A DNA stretch of 64,000 nucleotides from Azolla caroliniana (taxonomy: Eukaryota; Plantae; Polypodiophyta). The notes under the pieces are model-generated. The model was not told the DNA's origin. It saw only the letters and a program-made list of their open reading frames with translations, and did not search any database. Within the stretch, counting starts at the first letter, position 1, and each line of letters begins with the position of its first letter. Below, piece after piece: positions 52,495 through 64,000 of the stretch. Both the position numbers and the translations under genes were made by a program. Location of the stretch: contig JBHGNT010000005.1 of the NCBI GenBank assembly GCA_043228905.1, positions 7,316,001 to 7,380,000 on the forward strand, given 5' to 3'.

Positions 52495-55400
52495 TATGGC
52501 AAGACTCGAACCCATGACCTTAGGTTATATGGGTCGAGCTCTTGACCATTAGACCATCTATTGTAATACGTAGGATATTGTTTTCATTTACATTTTATTA
52601 TAGGAAATTAGTGTATATTCCAGATTTCTCTGGAACATTCTAGAAGCTTCAGGATTACTCCTGAAAACACTATAAAAGAGGGCACTAGGCATTATGTTGA
52701 ACCAAATTGGTTCAACGCCAGTCTTAAGCCTTTTAGCCACCATTGTATATTCTCTTCATATAATACATATCTTTCTTATCATCACACACACACTCTCTCT
52801 CGATCTCTCTCTTTCTCTCTGTCTCGCTCACTTCTTCCTTCTCTCGAAGAAGTTCCACACCTCTCATAGTACTAATCCTTCGTTTAGTACTAATTCCTTC
52901 TCTGTCTCAGTACTGTTCATGATAGTAAACCACCGATTAGAGTACGGGGCACTCGACAGTTCGAGGATGCCTATCTCCACCTTCTGCTTCAGAAGCTCCA
53001 TCAACTTCGGGATGTGAGCTCTCGTCACCGGAATCGGTTTGAAATTCCACGGTACATGTGGTACCGTGAAGATCACCATCGGTTCGACGATTGTCGGGTC
53101 CACGCACCCGATCTCCTCCGGTGAGAACGCGAAGGCTTTCCCATGTCTTCTGAGCATTCTCCGAAACCTGTCCTCCTCTGCCGGCAGTAGGAAGCCACCC
53201 CCACCGACCTTGACCTCCCGTAGCGTTACGTCGGTGAACCGGTGCCCTATGCCGGCCAGATTCCGTAAACTTGGGTCCGACGCGACCCCTTTTATCCGCT
53301 CCTCGCTGCCCTCTGGCAAGGGTGCCGTGACTGGCCTCACCTTCCGGTCCACAGTCTTGTACTTTGTATCTGCGCGGGCCGTCCGATCCGACCCGACCCT
53401 TTCCCCGAAGTCCGCGATGACTTCGTACATTCCCATCGATCCTACCGGAACGGTTCGGTCTTCTCTAAGGTTTTTACCGATCACCTTTCGCAACTCGCCC
53501 AAGGTGTCGTCAAAAGAGACCGCCTCCACGGCCCCGCTGATCTCTTCGTCGGGGGAGAGGACTCCACATCTCCTGAGCCACTCCTCCGCTCTCTTCCTTT
53601 CCCGGCCGCTGATGCTGGCTATAGTACAACCTACATTTTCGGAGAACCAAAACTTCCTACCTACTGTACATGTGGGGTTCTTCCGGTACGTTCGGACTAC
53701 CGCGGCCCCACGCCTTGATAGCCCTCTCTAAAAATCCCCTCGGTTGCCGCCGCCGAGGGTCTCGTGATTCCTCTCATGGTTCGGTCGTACGGTTATGAAT
53801 TGGACGGAATGCCGACCGTGCTGGCTCTTGACGCGCGCATACGCCGAACCGTTGTCCAACACCTTCGTCTCCATGCGTGCTGCCGTAATGTATTGTTCGC
53901 CGAGAATCACCGGGTGCGAGGATGTTTCCTACACAAAGAAATGTTGATCTATCTCGATGTCACCGACCTTTACGCGTATATTCGGGCACGCTCCATGCAA
54001 CTCCTCCGTAGCACGCGTCGCCGCGCGTATCTTCCACCCGTGCTTGGTGTTGATCGGCTATTTACCCTTCTTGTAGAAATCCATGGACATCAGGTTGATT
54101 TCGGATCCATGGTCTACCAAGGCCACCACCGGTTCCGGAACGTCGCCGATCCGCACAGGGGTTTCCGTAGTTGCCCTAGCCCAATGCGGCTTCGCATAGT
54201 GGCTTCCCGCCAACTCGTCTTCTAGGGCCACATCTTCTAAGTGCATAGTCCGCACCTCCACCGACTTCTCCGGTTCTGGCTCTGTGGAGAGCCTCTTCCG
54301 TTTCACCAAGTCTACGATGGAGTCGTGGAACTCCCTCTTGGCGATTCCCAGCACCTCCCGCAACGACATCTCCACTTTACTATCGAGGATCCGCTCTTCA
54401 AGGACCTTCCGTAGGTCCATTGCTCTCTCGATTTCGGTGCTCAACCGAAACCCCGCCTGCTTCTTTCCGTCCGGCACGCCTGGGTTGCTGGCACTGGTCA
54501 GTTTCGGTCTGAACCGGGTCTCATACCTCTACGGGGGACCCACCCCCCCGGCCTTTCCTGCCCGTTTGTCTTCCACCAGAACCTCGTAGTTCTGGCAAGC
54601 GGCTTCTACGAAGCCCGTTTTCTCTTCGACTAGATCGTCCCATCCGGTGACCTCCTGGACCCGTTGTTCCGCGCGGTCCGCCTCTTCCTTCTTCAGCCGA
54701 ACTCCGGAGAAGCCTTCTAGCACTAGCGGCCAGAATTTGGAGTCCTTCACCTTTCGGGACTTGTCGCCCCCGACCCGAATTCCCGCCGACACTGAGTAGT
54801 TAACGGCTTCAACGTGCTGTGTCGCGGCCTCTTCCATCAATCTCTTCATTCCGCCGCACCCCGTATTTAGTTCTTGGGCTCTCCGGGTCTCGCTCACGTG
54901 GACCCGCCTGTTCTAGAGGTACACCGCGTTGGTCCTGAGCGTGTCGGCGAAATCCGCGCAATCCTTCCAAATGTGACCGATCGCGTCGCACCACATGCAC
55001 CACATGCACCGCTGCCTAGCCGGCGGCCTCCGGTCGCGAGGTTGTTCGCCGCTGCCTCTTCGGGCTTGTGCGATCTGCAGGTCGCACACCATCTGCGTTA
55101 GCTTCTCTAGAGCCGCTCCACAGGCTGGGCCTCTGACCACGTCATTCGATGCCGACCCCGACTCTAGCCAGATTCCAGTTTCTTCCTTCCTGCCGGCCGG
55201 CACCGATACCGGCTCCTCGAGCCTCCTCCCCGGGACCGGCCCTGACCCCGACGAGCTTCCGTCGCTCCAATTGCGCCGTTTGTCGAAACGGCTGCAGACC
55301 CGTTTTACCGTGGCCCAGTCTGCCGTGTGCCCTTCGTCCGTTTCCAATAGGGAACCCACCTTTTCCCTGTCGAGCGCGTTCACTGACTTGACAAACAGTA

Positions 55401-55891
55401 GTACTCGACTCGTTTCGAGCATGGTCCGGTCCAGCGTCGACAGCCGCGCGAACCGTTTTTCGAACTCCTGGAGGAGCGCCGATGTGTTCCTCCCCTTTCC
55501 GGGGCTTTCCACCCACGCCATGAAGTTCCGCCTCGACAGCCAAAGCGAGTCGTCAAACCCGTGCTTCTCGAGGAGTTGCTGCTCGAACTCCTCCCAAGTC
55601 TGGCATCCGGCCAGCACCTCGAGCACCTCCGCGTGGATGCTCCTCACCACTCGAGGGAATCCGGACAACCGCATGTCCACCGAGACATCCCTCATAATCA
55701 TTTCGGCCCGGTAAGCCTCCAAATAACTTGTGGCGTCTTTCCCTCCGAACCGGCCTATAGTGCCGACGATCGATTCGATGGCTCTGTCGAGGGTACCCGT
55801 CCCCTCGCGAGCGCTTACCAACCGGTCGACGGCTACCACCATTGCCTTTGCTAGCTCCGATCCCCTCATCTTTAAACTCCTTTGCCGCCTG

Positions 55892-55909
55892 TTCACGTCG
55901 GGTTCACCA
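55892..55909 (-). promoter_or_regulatory. Primer binding site complementary to tRNA-Trp (element A)
   Basis: Plus strand TTCACGTCGGGTTCACCA matches the 3' end of plant cytosolic tRNA-Trp as I recall it. It lies 4 nt from the LTR. An identical site is at 56514-56531. Confidence 0.8.
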
Positions 55910-56007
55910 AATATGTCGCGTTGTTACGCGCATACGTGTAGAAAGAGGCGGGACCAGGGGGGTCTTGGACCAAGGAGAGAGAGAGGGAGAGGGAGAGAGA
56001 GAGAGGG

Positions 56008-57491
56008 GTGGCCTCGACTTGCACCTTTAAATTCTCATATACCTCGTTTATGAAGGCCTTTATGTCGAGTAGCATCGAACCTTCCCTCTTCAAGCTCTCT
56101 TCTTTAGGTGGTAGTTTGTGGTTGCTTCCCATCCTCTCACCATTCGTCATGGGTTGTGTTGTTGCCAATGAGAATCTTGTCTTCCTCTTATCGTGCAATT
56201 GACATACTCTTTCCACTTTCGTCCAATCCTCAGTGAGGCCATTTGCACCATCATCATCCTCAAAGTCGTATTCCAATGGCCTTCCTTTCCTTCCGATCGA
56301 TTGACTTCACAAACATTAGGACTTTTTCCACCCCCACCAATCTTTGATCCTACTCCGAGAGTTGTGCAAAGTGACACTCGAACTCGACGAATGCATGCAT
56401 GGCACTTTGGTGGGTCTTTAATGATGATACCCATTGGTCGAACTCGTATAGGCTGCATCTCTTCGGTTGTTTGTATCTATATGCCTCCATGAGATATCCT
56501 CCTGCCACATCGTTTCACGTCGGGTTCACCAAAGCTGTCGTGAAAATATGATGAGGATACGTGAACTTGAGGCAGGACCCCGGGGCCTCCGACTAGAGGA
56601 TATCACATTCGTGTGTTTATCTTTTTAACAATTAATGGAAAGAAGAAATTTAATAATTTTTCATTAGCAAAGGAAAAGAAATTACAATATGTCCCAAGAT
56701 TGGGATTCAGAAGTTTAGGTTTACTAAGTTTAATAGAAAAGAAAAATTACGGGTTTTGAAAGATATGGCTTCTGTAGGGAAAATTAGGGTTTTTGGCTTC
56801 CGTAAGGAAATTAGGGTTTATGAGAGATATGGCTTCTGTAAGGAAAATTAGGGTTTATGACTTACGTAAGGAAATTTAGGGTTTATGGCTTTGATAAGAT
56901 AAGAGAGCTAAGAAGGAAAAGAAAATAAAAATGGAAGGAGGATGAGTGTAGGAAAAAAATGGAATTTTATATGGAGTTCCCCATTGATCATAGCCTTCAA
57001 TGTTACTTTGCATATCCACTTTTAGTTGCATGGCTTTTTCTTTTAGTTGCATGTGACCGTCCACATGACCTTTACTTTACGTTTCTTTACTTTATTTTAT
57101 TTAGCGACATGATCCTATTATTTGTCCGTCTCGATCGTCGCCCATCCAATCCGTCCGATCCGCGTCTAGCCTCGTCCGATCGCCGGTTCCGGTTTGCTTA
57201 CCGGCCGGTTCCGGTTTGCTGGATCTCAATGTGATTATATAGCCAGGGCCTTAAATTTCCTATCTATGTGGAATAAATCATAGTTCTATTTTCCCTATCT
57301 TCTCAAACTTCATGTTCTCATAATTTGATATGTAGTTGTCCATTTTATATGTAGTAAAATGCGTTTTGAAGCTCTTGAGTACATCCATATTTCTATAATA
57401 AGCCATTAAGCTAATATAAAATACTTATTTGATTATTTATTATTATTATTTTTAAATAGTTTTCATATCGTGTGTGAAAAACCACACGACA
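56008..57491 (-). mobile_element. 5' half of element B: gag remnant, tRNA-Trp PBS and 5' LTR (56536-57491)
   Basis: GLTEDWTKVERVC is similar to gag A GHTADWATVKRVC. PBS 56514-56531. LTR TGTCGTGAAA...CACACGACA followed by CCGG. Confidence 0.85.
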
Positions 57492-59335
57492 CCGGGAGTC
57501 GTCGAAACTAGTGACGACACCTCGCATCTGTCAGGAACTAGTCGTTCCTTATGCGCAACACTCGGCCACAACCGAGCTTAGAATGATACACAGAATAACG
57601 GGAAATAGAACACGACACAAAGAAGAGGTAAGATACACAGGAGGTTTACGTGGAAAACCCCAAACTAGGGGAAAAAACCACGGCAGCCCACAGGCTGCAA
57701 ACTGTCACTATGTAAGAATGTACAAAATAGTGAGTTCACGGAGGCAACGACCTCGGACTCACGATCTTCGCCACAGGCGGCGGTTACAACAGAGGCAACG
57801 ACCTCTTTTTCTCTCTCTCTCTTTGTACAGTTACACACACACTCTCTTTTCTTGCACCAACAAGAAAAATGAACAACAACACAACTAAAAGTTTGCCCTA
57901 AGTCATATTAATACTAATATGACTTTTAGGCTATTTACAAATATAGCCTCGATGGGCTCTCAGAAACATATTTACGAATATGTCTCTTCGTCCGGTTCAT
58001 ACCGGGTCTGAACCATCCGGCTCTCTGTAGCCGGGTATTCCTCATCCGGCTCATACCGGGTCTGCATCATCCGGCTCTCCGTAACCGGGTACTCCTCATC
58101 CGGTTCATACCGGGTCTGTATCATCCGGCTCTCCGTAGTCGGGTACTCCTCATCCGGTTCATACCGGGCCTACACCATCCGGCTCTCCGTAGCCGAGTAC
58201 TCCTCATCCGGTTCATACCGGGCCTGCACCATCCGCCTCTCCGTAGCCGGGTCCTCCTCATACGGTTTCGGCCTCGGCCAAGTTTGTTCATCGGCGTTGT
58301 TCTTCTCCCTTCCCATCCGGAGGGACCTGTCTTCCAACAGCATTTGATCGAACATGTCGGCAATGTCCCCGTGAGTCATGTCGGAAAGAAGGGGAGATTG
58401 ATGAACATATTGCACGTCCCGACAATCACAAAGAATTTTGTGCTGGTCGGACAAATCACCGACTAAGGATGCAAGTCCAGTTCACCCACCTTGGATGCTT
58501 CATCGAAGAAGAAGATCAGATCATCGCGCAAGGGCTCCAGGAAGGGAGGATGTTCATCCTCGACACAAATAACGTTGACACCGCCTTGTTCGCCAAGGGA
58601 CAAAAAGTTGAATCTGATATCGACTTGTGGCATAAGAGGATCGGCCATGTCAATTACCAAAGGCTTCAGGAGTTGCAAATGAAACAAATTTTCTTCAGTT
58701 TGCCAAAGTTTAGTGGCCAGGAGGCCCATGTTTGTGAAGTTTGTCAGCTAGGGAAGCAACACTGATTTCCATTCCCGAACAGGCAAATCGGAGCCGAAAC
58801 AAGCTCAACTTGATACATTTGGATGTATGGGGACCATCATAGAATGTGAGCTTAGGCAGAAGTCAATACTTTGTGATACTTCGTCTACTTCATCGACAAG
58901 TATAGCCGACACACGTGGATCTACCTTATAGAAAAGAAGAGTGAAGTTTTCGACTGTTTTCGGAACTTACAAAATCCAGTTGAAAGGGAAACAAACTGGA
59001 AGATCAAGTGTCTACGGTCGGATGGCGAAAAGGAATACTTTTTCCGGCCGGTTTAACTGTTATCTACAACAGATGGGAATTCAACGTGAATTCAGCTATA
59101 GATATACGCCGGAGCAGAATGATGTAGCCAAGTGAAATAATCAGTTGGTTATGGAAGCGGCAAGGGCAATGCTGGAGGAGAAAAGCATGCCCAAGTTTTA
59201 TTGGGCCGAAGAGGTTCGGACAAAGGTCTACATCTAGAATCGGATCAGAAAGAAGTTGTCGGCACATGAGTTGTATTTCGGGCGAAAGCCGAACTTGAAA
59301 CACTTGAGGGTATTCGACAGCATTGCCTATCTACA
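57492..59335 (+). mobile_element. Copia protease-integrase fragment continuing the 41420-42290 piece, interrupted by a solo LTR
   Basis: PGVVET.DDTSH | IEHVG...LHVPTITKN, LWHKRIGHVN..CEVCQLGKQH and YTPEQND. Confidence 0.85.
57529..58339 (-). mobile_element. Solo LTR (811 bp) with a 54-bp minisatellite (about 5 copies, 57990-58265)
   Basis: TG...CA ends, TSD GCATC/GCATT. Its minus-strand start matches the LTR start at 60257. Confidence 0.8.
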
Positions 59336-59927
59336 TTAGCTGGCATGTCCGAGTCGATAAAGCTTTCTAACACGGGGTTACCTGAACTAAATCGGAGACA
59401 CATGCTCGAAGTGCCTTTCAGGTACCGAAGTATCCACTTGACTGCGGCACAATGCTCTTTTCCCGGATTGCTCATGAATCAGCTCACGACGCCGACAACA
59501 TATTCGATGTCCGACCGTGTACACACCATTGCGTACATCAGGCCTTCGATTGCTAAGGAGTATGGTACCTTCATCATCTTAGGTTTCTCCGTCTTCGTTT
59601 TCAGACCTTGTGTCGAAGATAGTTTGCTATTTGTCGAGAGTGTCGAACCGACCGCTTTCGTACTTTCCATGCCGAATCGTTGGAGCATTTTTGTCACGTA
59701 TTTTTCTTGTGAAAACCATAACATCTTCTTTGTCCGATCTCGAAGTATGTGCATCCCCAAGATTTGTTTTGCCGGACCCATGTCTTTCATTGAGAATGAC
59801 CCACTCAAGGCCTTCTTTAGCGTTCAAATCTTCACCTGGTCCCGTCCGACAATCAGCATGTGGTCCACGTATAGCAAGAGAATAAGACAATCTCCTCCGT
59901 CGAACTTCTTCACAAACACAGTGGTTG
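59336..59927 (-). mobile_element. Tnt1-like Copia RT fragment
   Basis: MKDMGPAKQILGM, LMYAMVCTR and AVKWILRYLKGT. Confidence 0.85.
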
Positions 59928-60256
59928 GCTTGTGGAAAAGTTAACACGCGGAAGCTTTGACAAACCGGTTTATCTGGATAGCAACATAAGACACAGAATG
60001 AAGGTTTAATGGAAGCTTAAGAATAGAGAATACACAAGAGGGACAGAGAGAGCATAAACCATCAACTCAATTCAAAATAATAACACTCTGTACATAGGAT
60101 GTGCTCAGTGAGCACTCTTTATACAAGTCCACAAGGGATTGACAAAAGTACTATGTATTTCAATGCTCATATGAGTGGTTGACACTAACTACAAGGACCA
60201 TGACTACTTAGTAGTCTAGAAGCGTAGACCTCTAAATGGCCTATTGATACACACGT

Positions 60257-60875
60257 GTTAGGAAACAGGTCCCTCCGGATGGGAAGTGAGAAGAACAGTG
60301 TTGATGCGAGGCCGATAGGCCGAGGCCGAAACCGGATGTGGAGTACCCGGCAACGGAAGACCCGGTGAGAACCGGATGACGAGTGTCACAGGAGAAATAC
60401 GTGACAAAGGTGCTTCAGCGGTTCAACATGTTAGAAGCAAAATTGGTCGGATCGACACTCCCGGCAAACTACAGACTATCCGGTAAGCAAAGCCCGAAGA
60501 CGAAAGCAGAGAAGGCTGATACGATGAAGGTTCCATATGCCTTTGCCGTAGGGAGCTTGATGTACGCAATGGTGTGTACCCGACCAGATATTGGATACAC
60601 AGTCAGAGTGGTGAGCCGGTTTATGAGCAATCCCGGCAAGGAGCACTAGAACGCGGACAAATGGATACTCTGGTACTTGAAGGGTACTTCGAATATGTGT
60701 CTCCGATTCGGCTCCGGTAGACCTCAACTTGACGATTTTAGCGATTCGGACATGTTGGCTGATGTGGATACCAGCCGGTCTACATCCGGGTATGTAATGA
60801 CATATGCAGGGGGAGCTGTTTCGTGGCAGTCGAGGCTGCAGAAGACGGTTGCATTGTCAACCACGGAGTCTTACT
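60257..60875 (+). mobile_element. Internally deleted Tnt1-like Copia piece (LTR start fused to RT/RNase H)
   Basis: LTR start tgttaggaaacaggtccc, then SQEKYVTKVL, YAMVCTRPD and SWQSRLQKTVALSTTE. Confidence 0.8.
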
Positions 60876-60897
60876 AACGTAGAATACCGAAGACAGA

Positions 60898-63140
60898 TGT
60901 TACAAGTATTTATACAATTTCCGAGATTAAATATCTCTAGAATATTTTCGAGAATTATCTCGAGAATATACCCATTTAGAATATACCACAAAATAATTCT
61001 AGAATATACTAACGTCTAGAATATTCTTTAATGTACTATACACTAGACTCTACAATATATAGAAGTTCACAATTGAATGTGGACAGTTCACAAGAGTCTC
61101 CATATGTTTAACACAACACAACACAATGTATTGTGTGTGTTAAAAGTCAGAGGTTCAAGTCTAGAATGTGACATTATCCCCTCTCTTACGCTGACTTCCC
61201 AAACTGGCCATTGGTTTAAGGGGACATTGTTGATGAAAATATTAGACCACCTCCAAAATATTTTGTAAATCCTAGACAAGGAGTAACCCTTCCAAAAGAC
61301 GACGTATTGAACACCAATGGGCATGAGCGACCATGTGCGGTCCAAACGGGGAGCACGAACACCAACAAGTATGAGTGACCATGTGCGGTTCCCACAGGGA
61401 ACACGAACACCAATGGGCATGAGAGACCATGTCGGTCCTCGCTGAGAGTTGGAGCTCGAACACCAATGGGCGTGAGCGACCATGCGGCCCTCACCGAGAA
61501 CCGGAACACAAACGAACGTGAGCAACCATGTGCGGTCCTCATCCAAAACACAAACAAGCATCAGTGACCATGCAGCCCTCACCGAGAATTGAACATGAAT
61601 GGGCGTGAGTGACCATGTAGCCCTCACCGAGAACTGGAAAATGAACAGACGTGAGCGACCAAGAACTAGAACACAAAAGGACATGAGCGACCATGCGCCC
61701 CTTACCGAGAACTAAACACGAACGGGAGTGTGCGACCATGCGGCCCTCACTGAGAACTAAACACGAACGGGCGTGAGCGACCATGCGACCCTCACCGAGA
61801 ACTGGAACACGAACGGATGTGAGTGACCATGTGGCCCTCATCGAGAACTGAATAGGAACGGACGTGAGGGACCATGTGGCCCTCACTGAGAACTGGAACA
61901 ACAACGGACGAAGGAGTGCAAGTGAAGCGGTTGACTCGACAACTTCTATTATGAGAGGGTAAATAGTCGAGGTTGACCCAAGACACGACACAAACAGTAG
62001 CGCTAGCGAGAAACCCACACAATCCCCACCAGGAAAGTGAGCGGTTGTGACCCCCACTGAAACTAGAAGGTGAGCGATCGAAATCGGTCCTCGCCAACAG
62101 AAAGTGGCGTGAGACTTGAACTATAATGAAAATGTAGTGCAAGCGAGCAATGATCTAATCCCCACTAGGAAAGTGAATGGTTTTGACCCCCACCAGAATT
62201 GGGAAGGTGAGCGATTGAAAGCACTCCTCACCAAAACCGTGATGCAAAATGATACGTAAAAATGATGATAAGTAGTGTTGATGACGACGATGGTTGGGCG
62301 AAGAGGTGCTGAAAATGATGATGTCGAATATAAGGATGTTGATGACGGTAACTCTGAAATCAAGGATGGTGATGATGGTAACTCTAGAAGCAAAGTCGAT
62401 GAAGAAGATGGGTGATGCTCCTAGTTGTAAGGGATTCAAATTGTCATGGACACACCAAGCGCAGACTAGGACGGAGCACAGATGATGGGGCTACGAGGGA
62501 AGGATGAACTTGGAGGTAGATGTGACAAGGCTAGGAACTGTAGATGTTGTGAGCGACATGAGGGCATGAAGACAGAAATAAAGACCGAGGAGACAAAGAT
62601 GAGGCGAAACGAGAATACTAGATTGATGTGTCAATCATTGGTGTTGAATCCCTTGAAAGGAACCAAGGATGTTAGAAGTATTTATACAATTTCCGAGATT
62701 GAATATCTCTAGAATATACTCGAGAAATATCTCTAGAATATACCCGTTTAGAATATACAACAGAATAATTCTAGAATATTGTGAAATGCACATAAGAGAT
62801 CAAAACCAGTCTACTTAGCTTCTTACTTCTTAATCAATTTATAGTTGATACAATGGAACCCATTTGGGTTGGCTTGGCTAAAAAGGGTGTGCTAAAAGGG
62901 TGGGTCATTTTGGGCACACACATCCTAAAAAGGGTGAGCTAAAAGGGTGGCACAAAGGAACACATGCACACCATAATATACTAACGACTAGAATATTCTT
63001 GAATGTACTAGATACACTAGACTCTACAATATACAAGTTCACAATTAAATGTGGACAGTTCACAAGAGTTTCCATATGGTTAACACAACACAATGCATTG
63101 TGTGTGTTAAAAGTCAGAGGTTCGAGTCTAGAATGTGATA
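60898..63140 (-). mobile_element. Non-coding LTR unit with ~276-bp LTRs and an internal ~53-bp tandem array
   Basis: LTRs 60898-61173 and 62670-63140, the latter with a ~195-bp insert at 62780-62974 flanked by AATAT. PPT 61174-61187, PBS-like sequence 62645-62665, repeats 61310-61900. Confidence 0.7.
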
Positions 63141-64000
63141 GTCTCCCCATGTCTTGGTTCCTTGTCCGATGTCAAGTGAGGCATGTCGAGATGCTAGAGA
63201 CCGAGCATCTCTGAAAAGTGCTGCAACTTGTCCGATCTGAGCAGCTTGGTGAAGATGGCGGCAACCTGCCGATCCGTGTGAACATACCGAAGTTCAACTT
63301 CACCGTTGAGGACCCACTCATGCACAAAGTGATAATGTACTTCTATGTGCTTTGTCCGAGCATGAAATACGGGGTTCATAGTGAGTTGTATGTTGCTTAC
63401 GTTGTCACAATAGATCAGGATCGGGGTCAATACCTCGATCCGGAGGTCTTGCAATATGTGCCGAAGCCATATAACTTTACAAGTGGCAATGGTGAGGCCC
63501 TGATACTCAGCTTCCGTGCTCGACAGAGCTACAGTTGGCTGCTTTTTGCTGCTCCATGCAACAGCCGCGCTACCAAGAGAAAACATGTATCCAGAGGTGG
63601 ATTGGCAATCCGATGCATCACCAGCCTAGTCGGCATATGTATATCCGGCTAGCTTTTCAGTTATACCGTGTGGGTATAACATACCCTTATCCTTAGTGCC
63701 ACTAACATACCAGAGTATCCGGTGTGCGCACTGAAGGTGCTCCATGGTCGACTTCTACATGAATTGGCTAATCACTCCGACCAGATAACTGATGTCGGGT
63801 GGGGTGATAGTTAAGTAGATAAGGCTTCTGACAATCTGACAGAACCGTTTCTCGTTGCAGGACGGGCCGGAGTCAGGACATAGCTTCAGGTTTCGGTCCA
63901 GGGGTGTGGAGATCGGTCGGCAATCCGTCATGCCGAACTTGTACAACATATTCAACACATAATGTCGTTGTGAGAGCAATATGTTGTCGGGGGTATGGAT
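63141..64000 (-). mobile_element. Copia RT-RNase H 3' region, truncated by the window edge
   Basis: SLIYLTIT.PDISY, WSSKKQPTVALSSTEAEY and FHARTKHIEVHYHF. A PPT atggggagac abuts the LTR at 63140. Confidence 0.9.

Larger units (their letters stand above)
47245..52924 (+). mobile_element. Full-length chromodomain Ty3/Gypsy retrotransposon (Tcn1/Tf1-like chromovirus) nested in the RT of element A
   Basis: LTRs 47245-47684 and 52487-52924 (~98% identical by eye), TGTCATGA...TCATGACA ends, TSD GTAAA (47240-47244, 52925-52929), PPT 52474-52486. Confidence 0.95.
42653..56007 (-). mobile_element. Ty3/Gypsy element A (no chromodomain seen), tRNA-Trp primed, degenerate, carrying two nested insertions
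   Basis: 3' LTR 42653-43332 (680 bp) with a PPT at 43333-43344. INT with GPY at 43402-44536, RT/RH at 45826-47244 and 52925-53529 (FLDD), PR LVDHGSEIN near 54.1 kb, gag 54913-55896 with a CCHC knuckle. PBS 55892-55909; 5' LTR part 55914-56007. Confidence 0.9.

Noticed and set aside
61088-62142. Overlapping 113-198-aa ORFs
   Set aside because: They derive from the ~53-bp tandem array and show no domain signal.

Overview
Eukaryotic, plant-like genomic DNA: GT-AG introns, CT/GA microsatellites, a 100-N scaffold gap and heavy transposon nesting. The element types suggest a seed-free land plant such as a fern or lycophyte (inference; no database search was possible). 1-10 kb holds two spliced host-like genes, one orphan and one with a possible divergent RhoGAP-like domain. 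The centrepiece is a complete 11,852-bp DNA transposon (12696-24547) with 25-bp TIRs, GGG...CCC ends and an ATAT TSD. It encodes an uninterrupted, spliced ~863-aa Sola2-type transposase and a convergent multi-exon accessory gene with a RING-H2 finger. Its long introns are filled with tandem arrays, chiefly the palindrome TAGCTAATTAGCTA, which also sits just inside both TIRs. 25-38 kb holds decayed L1 pieces, a 3x309-bp tandem repeat and two RTEX-like LINEs. 38.6-64 kb is a nest of Copia, tRNA-Trp-primed Gypsy elements with 4-bp TSDs, and a full-length chromovirus with a likely self-priming PBS and a -1 frameshift signal. A base-precise 16.7-kb inversion (39285-56007) splits two of these elements. 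All family assignments come from recognising motifs by eye.
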